A stretch of DNA of 32,000 bases from Pseudoalteromonas translucida KMM 520 (GTDB lineage: Bacteria; Pseudomonadota; Gammaproteobacteria; Enterobacterales; Alteromonadaceae). Numbering within the stretch: the stretch's first letter is position 1; every line of letters starts with the position of its first letter. The DNA lies in contig NZ_CP011034.1 in NCBI RefSeq assembly GCF_001465295.1, positions 1,980,001 to 2,012,000 of the forward strand, written 5' to 3'. The notes below the pieces were generated by a model. It had not been told where the DNA came from. It saw only the letters and a program-made list of their open reading frames with translations, and ran no database searches. The translations under genes and the position numbers were made by a program. This document shows, piece by piece, positions 7,847 to 16,595 of this stretch.

Positions 7847-10800
7847 TTATCTGATACGCACTTTATTGTTGCTATTAACTAATGTCGTTAGTTTTGCTTT
7901 TAGTGCTGATAAGTAGTCCTCAATATCTTGCTCGGTTTCTATCACACCAGCGGCATTTACCTCTCGCATCACACTTGAGGTATCAACAGAAACTATTTTT
8001 TTCGGTGTTGGTTTTGCTACTTTTTTTGGCTCAGTTTTTGTTGGTTTGTAGTTACCACTTTCTGAGTCTATACCTGAAGCTGATGCTGGTTCGGGGGCTT
8101 GTTTAGCCTTTTGTGCTACTTCTTTGGCTTTTTGCTCTGCGAGTGCTTGCTGTTGTTCAATGAACTTATTGATTAGTTCGTAGGCATCTTCTTCAAGTGT
8201 GGCAGCTTCAGTGATCTCTTGATGTATTTCAGCAATTCCTTGCAGTGTATCAACACGCTTTTTAGCATTTTGTAGTGGGTAAAGCGCTTTATTGCTAATA
8301 TCGCTGTTTACCGCGCCAGCGGCTTTAATTTGCTCAGTTACATGCTCGATACGAATATCGATTCTTGCCTTTGCATGAGTGCGCTTTTCAGTTAACAAAG
8401 CCTCGTTAACTTTGTTTACACTTTCAATAAGCGGTTCTACTTCGCGTATGTCACGGTACGGGCGCTCTTTATTAAAAATAGATTCTAACTTTTGCAGCGC
8501 TGCTATCGCATTTTCCTCTTTTTCGAGTGCTATGCGGTTGCGGTCAAAGTCGATAGTGAGTGCTTTGTACAACTTTTGCCAAGTTGAAAATTGAGTTTCG
8601 TAGAAGTTTTCAAGATCTTGGTAGTCTTCTTCAAAATCAAGTAGCTCATCACCATTAGCGAGGAATGATTCAATAAACTGATAGCTTGATTGCGCTTCAA
8701 TTAAACCCGCCAGTAATACTCGGCCATTCTCAATATCTTTAACACCTGGGTAATGCCCCGTTGATGCTTTGTTTGCAAAGCCATCAAGCTTCTTTTTCAT
8801 GGTGCTTATATTAGTTTGAGCAATGTTGAACAGCTCTTTTTCACTGTCTGGAGCATTTTTACCAAACACGTTTTTAAACAATTTAGCCGCACGGTTTAAG
8901 TTAGCTTCAGACTGTTGTTTAATACGTCGAATACGAAGCTCTGCGCGCTTTCTAACTTGTGTTAGATTGTCGTATGCACTTTTTAAAGGGACTTCTTGTT
9001 GACGCATTTGAAAGCAAATTTTGTTAGCTAATGCTAAACGCGAAATGATTAAAATTATTTCTTCATCATTCCAACCAAATGGACGTTTTGAAAAGCGTTT
9101 TACAATGTCTTCTGCGGTAATTGCTCTGCCAGTGTCATCGCCAAGGGTTATGAACTTTTCTACTTCTAAAGACGCTAACGGATTTATTTCATCAGCGTTT
9201 AAATCGAGACCAATTTGACTAACATCGTCTGCAACTAAGGTATTTTGAATCTCGCGGCGAATATCACCTGGAAATGGTTTAACTAACTTTAATTTACTGA
9301 ATGTGTTTTCAATTACGTAGCGATAAAGCTCTTGAAGTATTGAGCTTACCGCTCCGCCTTTTGGATTTTGTTTAGAGCCTAATGCGTAAAATTCAGCATC
9401 TTTTAGTAGCTCCTCTACTTCTCCTATCAAGCGGCGATTTCGATCTTGGTTTTCTGTCGCTTTTTGATGAAGTAACTGTTGTTGTTCTGGGCGTTTACCA
9501 GAGTTGCCGCGTAAAAACTTACTTGTTCGAATAAACGTTTCGATGTCTCTGAATACTCTGTTATTTTCAGCCAACTTGATGATTATCGAGCCACTATCAC
9601 CGTCCATTGAACGATTAGCACATACGGTAGATGTATATTCATCGTAGTTGGGATCTCTAGGTGTGATCACTTTCACTACTAAGTCGTTTTCTTGAGAGCC
9701 ATCTCGTGGACTACCATTACAAAAACGGCTGATAGGGAAATCTTGCTTGTTTTCAGGGTAGCGATAGTTCGCTTCACGACGCAGCACATCATCAAAAATT
9801 AGATCGCTAATCTTCTTAGTTTGATCAGATAACTCTATTTCAGTTTTTTGAATTTCCTGCTCAATTTCTTTTTCTTCGTTAGTAAGGAAAATGTACTCGT
9901 CACCTTGGCGAGCGATAAGCATATTAAGCTCTAGAGCATTTAAAGCCTGTTCAATTTCGCGCCTTAACGCTAATCGGTCTTCATCGACTTTGCCTACACA
10001 CAGGGTAACTAAGTTATCTAACGTTGACTTAATTACATCGACATAACGAATTAAAAACAGGGTTTTTAATATATTCAGCGTAAACGGCGATATAGATTCT
10101 TTAACGGATGCTTGGTCGATATCTTTTTTAACCGATGTATCGAGGAAACTTTCGATAGCTGGGTAGAAAAAATATAACGGAATTAGAACTCCGACATTTT
10201 CATTTCGGACTTGTTTGGCAGCACTTTGGAATGCATCTAACAAAGATCGCTCACCACGGCTTAAATGTAAGCCTGTTGCACCCGCTTTACGAATAGCTTC
10301 AAATATTTTTTGAACTAAAATATAATGATAAGGTACAAATGGATAGCTATTAATAAAGCTACTTGCATCTTTATAGTTAGCTAACTCAGCGGTTGTTGTA
10401 CTGTCAAAAGCTAACTGGTTTCTTAGAATGTCACCCTTTTGATCATACAAGTCCTGGAGCTCAATACGAGCCGCCTCTTCTTTTGATAGCAGGCGTTTCT
10501 CTATCACCTCACTGGTGTTTGAGCTTGAAAGAGATAGGCGTTCAAATCGGCCTTGGATTTTTGAGAAATCATGACCTTTTGAGCCTGTCATTTGCCCAAT
10601 TACTGCATCGATGTCTTCTTGAGAAGTAACAACGACCCAAGCACGGCCTTCACAAATAGTACCGAGGTTTTCAGTGATTGTTTGAAGTTTCAGCATCATC
10701 TGGGCGTTGTTACCAATGAACTGCCCCACTTCATCCACAAAAAACAACACTCGGCGGTCTGAGCTTACATCTAGGTATTCTTTTACCCATTTACAAAAGT

Positions 10801-11536
10801 TGCTAACGTCTAACGTGAAGTTGTTTTCAAGTTGCTCAACCCACTGCCTTGCTGATTCAGTTGATTGATTAGTTACCTTACCAAGCGCATCTGCCATGTC
10901 GTCTCGGAAGAAGTCGTAAGCATCTCTTTCTTCTATCCAGTTAGCAGACGCTAACGCATTGAACTCTTTTTTGAACTGTTCAAATACACCTCGTTGGTCT
11001 AATTCGCGTTCAAGGTGCGCAATATGAGGGTGATCTCCACTGAAGCCCATTTGCTCGTTAAAAACTTTTAAGAACACTTTTAATATTGCATCATCGCCGT
11101 CATCTGTGTTGGCACGGCTGTCGATATTAAAAAGGATGACGGTATTATCTTTGGTAACCGCAGTGTCTATTTCACCTAATAAGAAGCCATCTAGGTTTTT
11201 ATCTTTGAAAAACTCGATAGCTGATTTATCAAACTCACCGTTTGTCGCTTGAATGTTTTGTAAAAGGTATGACAATATTTTGATGAAGTGAGATTTACCT
11301 GAACCAAAAAAGCCACTTACCCAGATCCCTAATTTACCTGATGCAGCTTTTGCTTTTGGATCACGCACTGAAGGCATATACGCATCGAAGAACTCTTCGA
11401 AGTGTTTTGCTAATTCGGTGGTGATTACATATTCATCTAGCTCGGTAAAAACAGTGCTGTTTTCTAATTGGTCAGCTTTTACAACACCATTAATTGGTCG
11501 GTTTATATCTTTAGTAAATAAGTCTTTAATTTGCAT
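7847..11536 (-). CDS. brxC: BREX ATPase BrxC (P-loop NTPase)
   Basis: 1229-aa ORF with Walker A GFFGSGKSHF and Walker B VLFFVDEVGQF. It lies between the two small brxA/brxB-sized genes and pglX. A lysine/proline-rich low-complexity linker sits near the C-terminus. Confidence 0.9.
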   Translation of the reverse strand: MQIKDLFTKDINRPINGVVKADQLENSTVFTELDEYVITTELAKHFEEFFDAYMPSVRDPKAKAASGKLGIWVSGFFGSGKSHFIKILSYLLQNIQATNGEFDKSAIEFFKDKNLDGFLLGEIDTAVTKDNTVILFNIDSRANTDDGDDAILKVFLKVFNEQMGFSGDHPHIAHLERELDQRGVFEQFKKEFNALASANWIEERDAYDFFRDDMADALGKVTNQSTESARQWVEQLENNFTLDVSNFCKWVKEYLDVSSDRRVLFFVDEVGQFIGNNAQMMLKLQTITENLGTICEGRAWVVVTSQEDIDAVIGQMTGSKGHDFSKIQGRFERLSLSSSNTSEVIEKRLLSKEEAARIELQDLYDQKGDILRNQLAFDSTTTAELANYKDASSFINSYPFVPYHYILVQKIFEAIRKAGATGLHLSRGERSLLDAFQSAAKQVRNENVGVLIPLYFFYPAIESFLDTSVKKDIDQASVKESISPFTLNILKTLFLIRYVDVIKSTLDNLVTLCVGKVDEDRLALRREIEQALNALELNMLIARQGDEYIFLTNEEKEIEQEIQKTEIELSDQTKKISDLIFDDVLRREANYRYPENKQDFPISRFCNGSPRDGSQENDLVVKVITPRDPNYDEYTSTVCANRSMDGDSGSIIIKLAENNRVFRDIETFIRTSKFLRGNSGKRPEQQQLLHQKATENQDRNRRLIGEVEELLKDAEFYALGSKQNPKGGAVSSILQELYRYVIENTFSKLKLVKPFPGDIRREIQNTLVADDVSQIGLDLNADEINPLASLEVEKFITLGDDTGRAITAEDIVKRFSKRPFGWNDEEIILIISRLALANKICFQMRQQEVPLKSAYDNLTQVRKRAELRIRRIKQQSEANLNRAAKLFKNVFGKNAPDSEKELFNIAQTNISTMKKKLDGFANKASTGHYPGVKDIENGRVLLAGLIEAQSSYQFIESFLANGDELLDFEEDYQDLENFYETQFSTWQKLYKALTIDFDRNRIALEKEENAIAALQKLESIFNKERPYRDIREVEPLIESVNKVNEALLTEKRTHAKARIDIRIEHVTEQIKAAGAVNSDISNKALYPLQNAKKRVDTLQGIAEIHQEITEAATLEEDAYELINKFIEQQQALAEQKAKEVAQKAKQAPEPASASGIDSESGNYKPTKTEPKKVAKPTPKKIVSVDTSSVMREVNAAGVIETEQDIEDYLSALKAKLTTLVNSNNKVRIR

Positions 11537-11571
11537 GTTATTTTATCCTTGTTGTTTGATTGCAAGTCCGT

Positions 11572-12177
11572 TTACGGTACTAGTTTAAATGCACGATAAT
11601 AGTTATTTGATTCGATTCTGCCAAAGGGTTTTAACGCTGTACCGTCGTACTCACCAGGATAGAAAAGTACCGTTGGTACGTTGCCTACCTTAGCATGTAG
11701 AGCGTTTAATAAGCCGTGGCCACGAATAATAGGCCACGCGCTCCCAAGCCCATGAAGTAAAATGAACTCAGTTTTGTTTTTTTCACAAGAGCCGAAGTCT
11801 ATTTTTGAGGCGATAAATTCAGCGACTCGGTTTTGCTCAAGAGGCCCCTTTAATGCGTTGAATAACGCGTCATCACCGCGCTCTTTTTGTACTTTAAATG
11901 CTCTTTCAGTAAGTTTGCGGGAATCGAGCAATTCAATAATGGCTTCAAACAAGTTGATGCTTTTAAAATTACGCCCACGTTTATCAAGGCGCTCTGTCAT
12001 GTATTCTAAATGCTCTCTTACAGTCAATTCTGACTCTGGTGGGTAGTCAAATACGTAAAAGCCAATCTCGTTTCCTAAACCTTGGTTTTTTAAAAAATCT
12101 TCGCTTTCAATCTTGGGCTGAATTTCATCAAGCCGCTCATGAAGTCGTTTTTGTTGTTTAGTTTTAAGCTCAACCAT
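11572..12177 (-). CDS. brxB: BREX protein BrxB (DUF1788-type), assigned mainly by size and synteny
   Basis: 201-aa ORF. Its start overlaps the brxA stop by 1 nt (TAATG), and it lies immediately upstream of brxC. Confidence 0.7.
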   Translation of the reverse strand: MVELKTKQQKRLHERLDEIQPKIESEDFLKNQGLGNEIGFYVFDYPPESELTVREHLEYMTERLDKRGRNFKSINLFEAIIELLDSRKLTERAFKVQKERGDDALFNALKGPLEQNRVAEFIASKIDFGSCEKNKTEFILLHGLGSAWPIIRGHGLLNALHAKVGNVPTVLFYPGEYDGTALKPFGRIESNNYYRAFKLVP

Positions 12178-12800
12178 TAGTGCAACTCCATCGCTGAAAT
12201 AATATCGTCTCTGTTGATCTCTAGAAGCAAGTCTCTCACTTCTGGTAACAAATATACATTTTGTATTTTTTTATTCCGTGTTGTTTCTATATAACCAGCG
12301 TCAGCTATGGTTTTAAAAGCTACTTGAGATATTTTGTAAGTCGATGATTGTGACATTTGAGCTAACTCAGGGAATAATCTAATGCGTTCATCCCAAAAAG
12401 ACTCCCAATCAGCTACATCTAAACTTTCACGGAACATACGTTTAGCATCTAACACTACATTGCGCATAAAATCAGCAAGTAATGTGCAGTTAATTAACGT
12501 AGCTGCAAACATTAACTGAGTTGATAGCTCAGTGCTACCAAATGCGATTAGTTCTAGGTATTTGTCTGACATATCTTCTAAACGCTTTTTGATAGTAGCC
12601 GCATTCCTCTTTGCTGAAGCGTCAGAGCGTTTTTGTAAAATATTTTGGTTTACAATGGCTTCTAACCACTCTTTTTGTGACGGTTTTTTAAGTAATAGCT
12701 CAGCGACTGTCTGACTTTCTTTGATCATTAAGCTGCCACCAATAAGGTCGCCAAGGTAGTCTTTGTATGAATTCATTTGTATTATGCTTGGAGTCGTCAT
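12177..12800 (-). CDS. brxA: BREX protein BrxA (DUF1819-type), assigned mainly by size and synteny
   Basis: 207-aa ORF. It is the first structural gene after the WYL regulator, abuts the brxR stop codon and overlaps brxB. Confidence 0.7.
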   Translation of the reverse strand: MTTPSIIQMNSYKDYLGDLIGGSLMIKESQTVAELLLKKPSQKEWLEAIVNQNILQKRSDASAKRNAATIKKRLEDMSDKYLELIAFGSTELSTQLMFAATLINCTLLADFMRNVVLDAKRMFRESLDVADWESFWDERIRLFPELAQMSQSSTYKISQVAFKTIADAGYIETTRNKKIQNVYLLPEVRDLLLEINRDDIISAMELH

Positions 12801-13688
12801 TTATAGTTCTTCCAATTCAGGCACATAACCAGGAGCAATTGCTAAGTTTTCTGCGCCGAAAAGGGTTTGACGGTTTTTGAGCCACAGTTGGTATTCAGCA
12901 CCAACAAGTTCTGCATCAGCGGTACAATCAACATTCCAACGTCTCAATAAATAACCAGCCATAGCAGCCCTCACATTCAGCGACAGTTTTCCTCCGTCCA
13001 TTCCATAGTCTAATGCGATTGCAGTAGGATGACTTACGTTATGGGGGTGAGGAACGAGTTGTAACGGCATCATGCGCATCCAATGGTGGTCGCTTATTTT
13101 GACTTCTAAAGGTTGTATCTCTGAATATTCTAATACGGCCTTTGTAATTCTAGTTAATACAAAATCCCGAAAACTGTTAGATTTACGATCATAAGCTCTC
13201 ACATGCCAGCGCAAACCATTATCGACGATACTGTGGGGAACGATATCTCTTTCTCCTGAGCCGCTACTTAGGGAGGTGTAAGTGATATTAACTGCTTTTT
13301 GATTAATTACTGCTTGAACCAACTTTGCGACAATAAAAATATCAGGAATATTTAACTGGCTTGGCGCTTCGACGGGGAATGTCGTATCGCCAATAGCATC
13401 AAAGCCATCGGTTATTTGGTTAGAAAGTTTTACAAGGGTTTTGCGAGGGTCATGTGTGAATAAGGGCCTAAAGCCCGCAGCTTGAAAATATCTCTTTTCT
13501 TTTGAGTCATATACCATATTTTCAGGGCACAACTCTTTATAGAGATTGATATCACGAGTAGCCGAGGTTAACCCTTTCTCGAAATAAGAAACTATTTCAG
13601 CTCTCGTAACATATCCAACAAAAAAAAGTTTAAAATCAATGTATGACAAACGTTGTTTTTGAGTAAAGCCAATATTGTTTAAATTCAT
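12801..13688 (-). CDS. brxR: WYL-domain transcriptional regulator, BrxR-like
   Basis: 295-aa ORF at the head of the BREX operon. The N-terminal region resembles a winged HTH (QRLSYIDFKLFFVGYVTRAEIVSYFEKGLTSATRDINLYKE). The central segment GLRWHVRAYDRKSNSFRDFVLTRI is typical of WYL domains. Size and position match BrxR-type regulators of BREX loci. Confidence 0.7.
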   Translation of the reverse strand: MNLNNIGFTQKQRLSYIDFKLFFVGYVTRAEIVSYFEKGLTSATRDINLYKELCPENMVYDSKEKRYFQAAGFRPLFTHDPRKTLVKLSNQITDGFDAIGDTTFPVEAPSQLNIPDIFIVAKLVQAVINQKAVNITYTSLSSGSGERDIVPHSIVDNGLRWHVRAYDRKSNSFRDFVLTRITKAVLEYSEIQPLEVKISDHHWMRMMPLQLVPHPHNVSHPTAIALDYGMDGGKLSLNVRAAMAGYLLRRWNVDCTADAELVGAEYQLWLKNRQTLFGAENLAIAPGYVPELEEL

Positions 13689-13708
13689 TTCTAATTATAA
13701 AATCAACT

Positions 13709-13793
13709 AAGTGAACCTAGTATGTTCATAAAGTGAATAGATATCAAATAATTTTTGATGAATCTTAAATTCACTCATAATTCATATCACTTT
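13709..13793. promoter_or_regulatory. composite dyad-symmetric region upstream of brxR; candidate BrxR operator / BREX promoter region
   Basis: AAGTGAAC (13709-13716) and AAGTGAAT (13731-13738) are mirrored by ATTCACT (13769-13775) and TCACTT (about 13787-13792). They surround a central palindrome ATCAAA-taatt-TTTGAT (13743-13759). A separate perfect palindrome TTGATATCAA lies at 13821-13830. Confidence 0.35.
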
Positions 13794-13938
13794 AGATAAA
13801 ATATTATTTAGACTGACTAGTTGATATCAATCAAAATAGATTTTCACCACTTGCTCTTAAGTCTATATAGAATCATATCTTAAATAATATATACAGGTTA
13901 TGCAGTATTAATCTATCTAACGCTTTTAATACTACTCT

Positions 13939-14169
13939 TTAGTTAATTATCGACTTTTTATACGTGATTATCTCTTCTATTTTGCAGTCGAAGTAAGCAC
14001 ATAATGCATCCAAAGTACGCGTCGTTGTTGAGTAATTATTGTTATTAGCCATTTTAGACATAGCGGCTTTATTTACTCCTGCGGCATTTGCAACTTCATC
14101 TAACGTAATTTTACGTCCCTCTTTCAATGACTTAGCTGCGATTAATTCCTTTAAGTTATAAACAATCAT
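13939..14169 (-). CDS. XRE/Cro-CI family helix-turn-helix transcriptional regulator
   Basis: 76-aa ORF. Segment ITLDEVANAAGVNKAAMSKMANN is a classic HTH. It is divergent from the xis-int operon across an 87-bp intergenic region. Confidence 0.8.
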   Translation of the reverse strand: MIVYNLKELIAAKSLKEGRKITLDEVANAAGVNKAAMSKMANNNNYSTTTRTLDALCAYFDCKIEEIITYKKSIIN

Positions 14170-14193
14170 TTTAATACAACCAATTATTTAAAA

Positions 14194-14256
14194 AGTTTCT
14201 TTACAGGATACTTTCTATATGATTTAATCACTTTAGTTTCTTGTGAGGATACTTCT
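14194..14256 (+). promoter_or_regulatory. two 22-23 bp direct repeats plus a candidate sigma70 promoter for the xis-int-HD operon
   Basis: AGTTTCTTtacAGGATACTT (14194-) and AGTTTCTTgtgAGGATACTT (14235-) are spaced 41 bp apart. Candidate promoter is TTTACA (14200-14205), 17-bp spacer, TTTAAT (14223-14228). The SD GAGGA (14245-14249) lies 7 nt before ATG 14257. Confidence 0.4.
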
Positions 14257-14508
14257 ATGATTAAAAATGAATTTACTTTGCTTTCTGCTAAAGAACTTTC
14301 AAGCTTTATTAAGTTCAGCCCAGATTACATTAACCGTAAGTTGAAAGACAATGTTTTTTTTGAGGGTGAGCATTACATTAGACCTTTTGGATCAAGAAAA
14401 ATACTTTACCTTTTAGAAAGTGTAATGGAAGAAATGTACAACACCACGTATAAAGCTGAGCGCGAATTTGTCATTCCTCTCGCAAGTGGAGGTGTATGTT
14501 ATGGCTAG
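14257..14508 (+). CDS. excisionase/AlpA-like small DNA-binding protein (recombination directionality factor candidate)
   Basis: 83-aa ORF immediately upstream of the integrase and overlapping it by 8 nt. LLSAKELSSFIKFSPDYINRKLKDNVFFEGEHYIRPFGSRKILY resembles the Xis/MerR-type HTH-plus-wing pattern. Confidence 0.55.
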   Translation: MIKNEFTLLSAKELSSFIKFSPDYINRKLKDNVFFEGEHYIRPFGSRKILYLLESVMEEMYNTTYKAEREFVIPLASGGVCYG

Positions 14509-15712
14509 TGTAAGAAGCCGAAACGATAAGTTGTTTTTTGATTTTTATTATCAAAATATACGATGTCGTGAGCAGACCTTACTCAAGGATACAAAAGCTA
14601 ATCGTATCAAACTTGAGAAAGTTCTAGAAAATATTGAAATTCAAATTATGCTCGATCGTTTTGTTTACCGAGATATGTTTCCGAATAGTAACCGCTGCAA
14701 GGCATTTAAACTGTTTGATGACCAGATAGAAGCTATAAAAGCTAATGAAACGAATAAAGCTGATGTTATTTTACAGAATGTACCTAACTTCGAGGCATTT
14801 GCTTATGAGTGGCTAGAAGAAAGTAAAATTCATTGGAAAATTAGTCATTTTAAAAATGTGTCTATGATCTTTGAGCGTTATTTAATTCCTGAATTTGGCA
14901 AGTTTAATCTTGATGAAATAAGCCGTGCTCATATTATTAAATATCGCGCGGGCATATTAGAGCCTAAGCGTAGTAGTAAAAAACAATTGAGTAATGATTG
15001 GATCAATCATGTTATGACACCTCTTAGAGGCATACTTAAAGAAGCGTCATTACGTTATGATTTTCAAACTCCTTTTAACAATATAAAACCACTAAAAGTA
15101 GTTAAAACCAAGATAGAACCTTTTTCACTCAATGAAGTTCAGCAATTTCTTAAGTATGTAAGAAGTGATTTTCGTAATTATTATACCGTTCGCTTTTTTA
15201 CTGCGATACGAACAGCAGAGATTGATGGCCTCAAGTGGGAATACGTTAACTTTGATCGAAATGAAATTACTATTCATGAAACCTTAGTTGATGGCAATGT
15301 TGAGACACCTAAAACAGCCACATCATATAGAAATATCCAGCTATCTAGAGTTGTTGTTGATGCATTAAAAACACAATTCAAAATAACTGGTAAGAACACT
15401 TATGTTTTTTGTAATAAAAAAGGTAACCCTCTTGATCATCGAAATATAACTAAAAGGGTATGGTATCCAACGCTAGAAGAGCTCTCTTTAAAGAGGAGAC
15501 GCCCTTATCAAACAAGACATACATGCGCAACCTTATGGCTTTCTGCTGGTGAAAATCCTGAATGGATAGCTAAACAAATGGGTCACAGCACGACTAAAAT
15601 GCTATTTGAAGTTTATAGCCGTTATGTTCCAAACAATACTCGACAAGATGGTAGTGCTTTTGATCGCCTACTTCTAAATGCCAACATTGAAGAAGAGGCT
15701 ACTTATGAATAA
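14501..15712 (+). CDS. int: tyrosine site-specific integrase with N-terminal arm-binding domain
   Basis: Start chosen at ATG 14501 (MASVRSRNDKLFFDFYYQNIRCRE, an arm-type DNA-binding domain pattern), preceded by GGAGG. Catalytic signature: AIRTAEIDGLKW (R), KTATSYRNIQL (K), TRHTCATLWL (R-H), MGHSTTKMLFEVYSRY (H, Y). Confidence 0.9.
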   Translation: MASVRSRNDKLFFDFYYQNIRCREQTLLKDTKANRIKLEKVLENIEIQIMLDRFVYRDMFPNSNRCKAFKLFDDQIEAIKANETNKADVILQNVPNFEAFAYEWLEESKIHWKISHFKNVSMIFERYLIPEFGKFNLDEISRAHIIKYRAGILEPKRSSKKQLSNDWINHVMTPLRGILKEASLRYDFQTPFNNIKPLKVVKTKIEPFSLNEVQQFLKYVRSDFRNYYTVRFFTAIRTAEIDGLKWEYVNFDRNEITIHETLVDGNVETPKTATSYRNIQLSRVVVDALKTQFKITGKNTYVFCNKKGNPLDHRNITKRVWYPTLEELSLKRRRPYQTRHTCATLWLSAGENPEWIAKQMGHSTTKMLFEVYSRYVPNNTRQDGSAFDRLLLNANIEEEATYE

Positions 15713-16562
15713 CTATATCTATGGTTGGTTAAAAAATTTACATATTAATGGTACTTTGCCAACAGCCAATTGTGAGCTATTGATAAGTAAGCAAATAATT
15801 TACGCTATTACATCTGCTGATATTGCTAGAAAATGCCAAATAGTGTCTGGCTTAGCTCAATTTCAGTTAACTCACGATATAATGGGTAATCATGTTGTTT
15901 GTGATATAGAGCCTATACTTTCTCAATGTAACGAACAGCAGTACCTTAATTTAACTTCGATGATAAATAATACAAATGAGCATTTAATAGCACGATTTTT
16001 TAAGCTGCTTAGCTTTGTCACATGCAGTGAGTTGCAGCCTTTTATTGATTTTATTTTAACTAAACAAAGCATTTTACAAAAATTCATACAAGCACCGGCT
16101 AGCCTAAACCACCATCACTCTTATACTCATGGATTGTTTGAGCACAGTATAGAGGTAGCTGAAATTGCATTTAATAATGCTAAACACTTAAATCATTCCA
16201 GTATTGAATGCCAAGCTGCATTAGTAGCTGGCTTATTTCACGATATTGGTAAAATATTTGTCATGCTACATCAAGCCAACGATCGCTACATACCAGGACC
16301 ACACGAAGGTTATAACTTTGCTATCTTAGCTGAACCTTTAGCGAAGCTAGGCAGTCGTAATAGGCAATTGCTGGAGTTATTAAGCAGTTTATTAGCAGCC
16401 AAGCCATCTGGCTATCAAGCGAGATATGCAATTGAGCATATTGTGCAACAAGCTGACCGATGCTCTTCTGAATCAGCTTTTATACATGCTAAATTTCAAG
16501 AGCTTCCTGATTATTACCATTTTTGTAAAGTTGGCGATAAAGTTCTTAAAAGAATGAGTTAA
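15705..16562 (+). CDS. HD-domain (metal-dependent phosphohydrolase superfamily) protein, translationally coupled to the integrase
   Basis: Start chosen at ATG 15705 (GAGG 6 nt upstream), with an 8-nt overlap of the int stop. Motifs HHHSYTHGLFEHSIEVAEIA and VAGLFHDIGK give the H...HD signature. Confidence 0.75.
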   Translation: MNNYIYGWLKNLHINGTLPTANCELLISKQIIYAITSADIARKCQIVSGLAQFQLTHDIMGNHVVCDIEPILSQCNEQQYLNLTSMINNTNEHLIARFFKLLSFVTCSELQPFIDFILTKQSILQKFIQAPASLNHHHSYTHGLFEHSIEVAEIAFNNAKHLNHSSIECQAALVAGLFHDIGKIFVMLHQANDRYIPGPHEGYNFAILAEPLAKLGSRNRQLLELLSSLLAAKPSGYQARYAIEHIVQQADRCSSESAFIHAKFQELPDYYHFCKVGDKVLKRMS

Positions 16563-16595
16563 CGTTTTAAAATACCTAAACTTAATTTGAAGCTA

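Noticed and set aside
1930-12714. Plus-strand ORFs of 60-115 aa inside the BREX genes (1930-2277, 2311-2520, 5507-5785, 7882-8106, 8379-8594, 9021-9218, 10393-10629, 11762-12046, 12532-12714)
   Set aside because: All lie entirely antisense within long, motif-supported minus-strand genes. Their sequences are low-complexity or Leu/Ser/Phe-rich shadow-frame products with no start context. They are treated as artefacts.
16563-16595. Terminator or att site between the convergent HD gene and the 1035-aa recombinase gene
   Set aside because: The 33-bp gap contains no convincing hairpin or T-tract and no repeat matching the 23,0xx junction. It is therefore not called as a boundary between two elements, although that remains possible.
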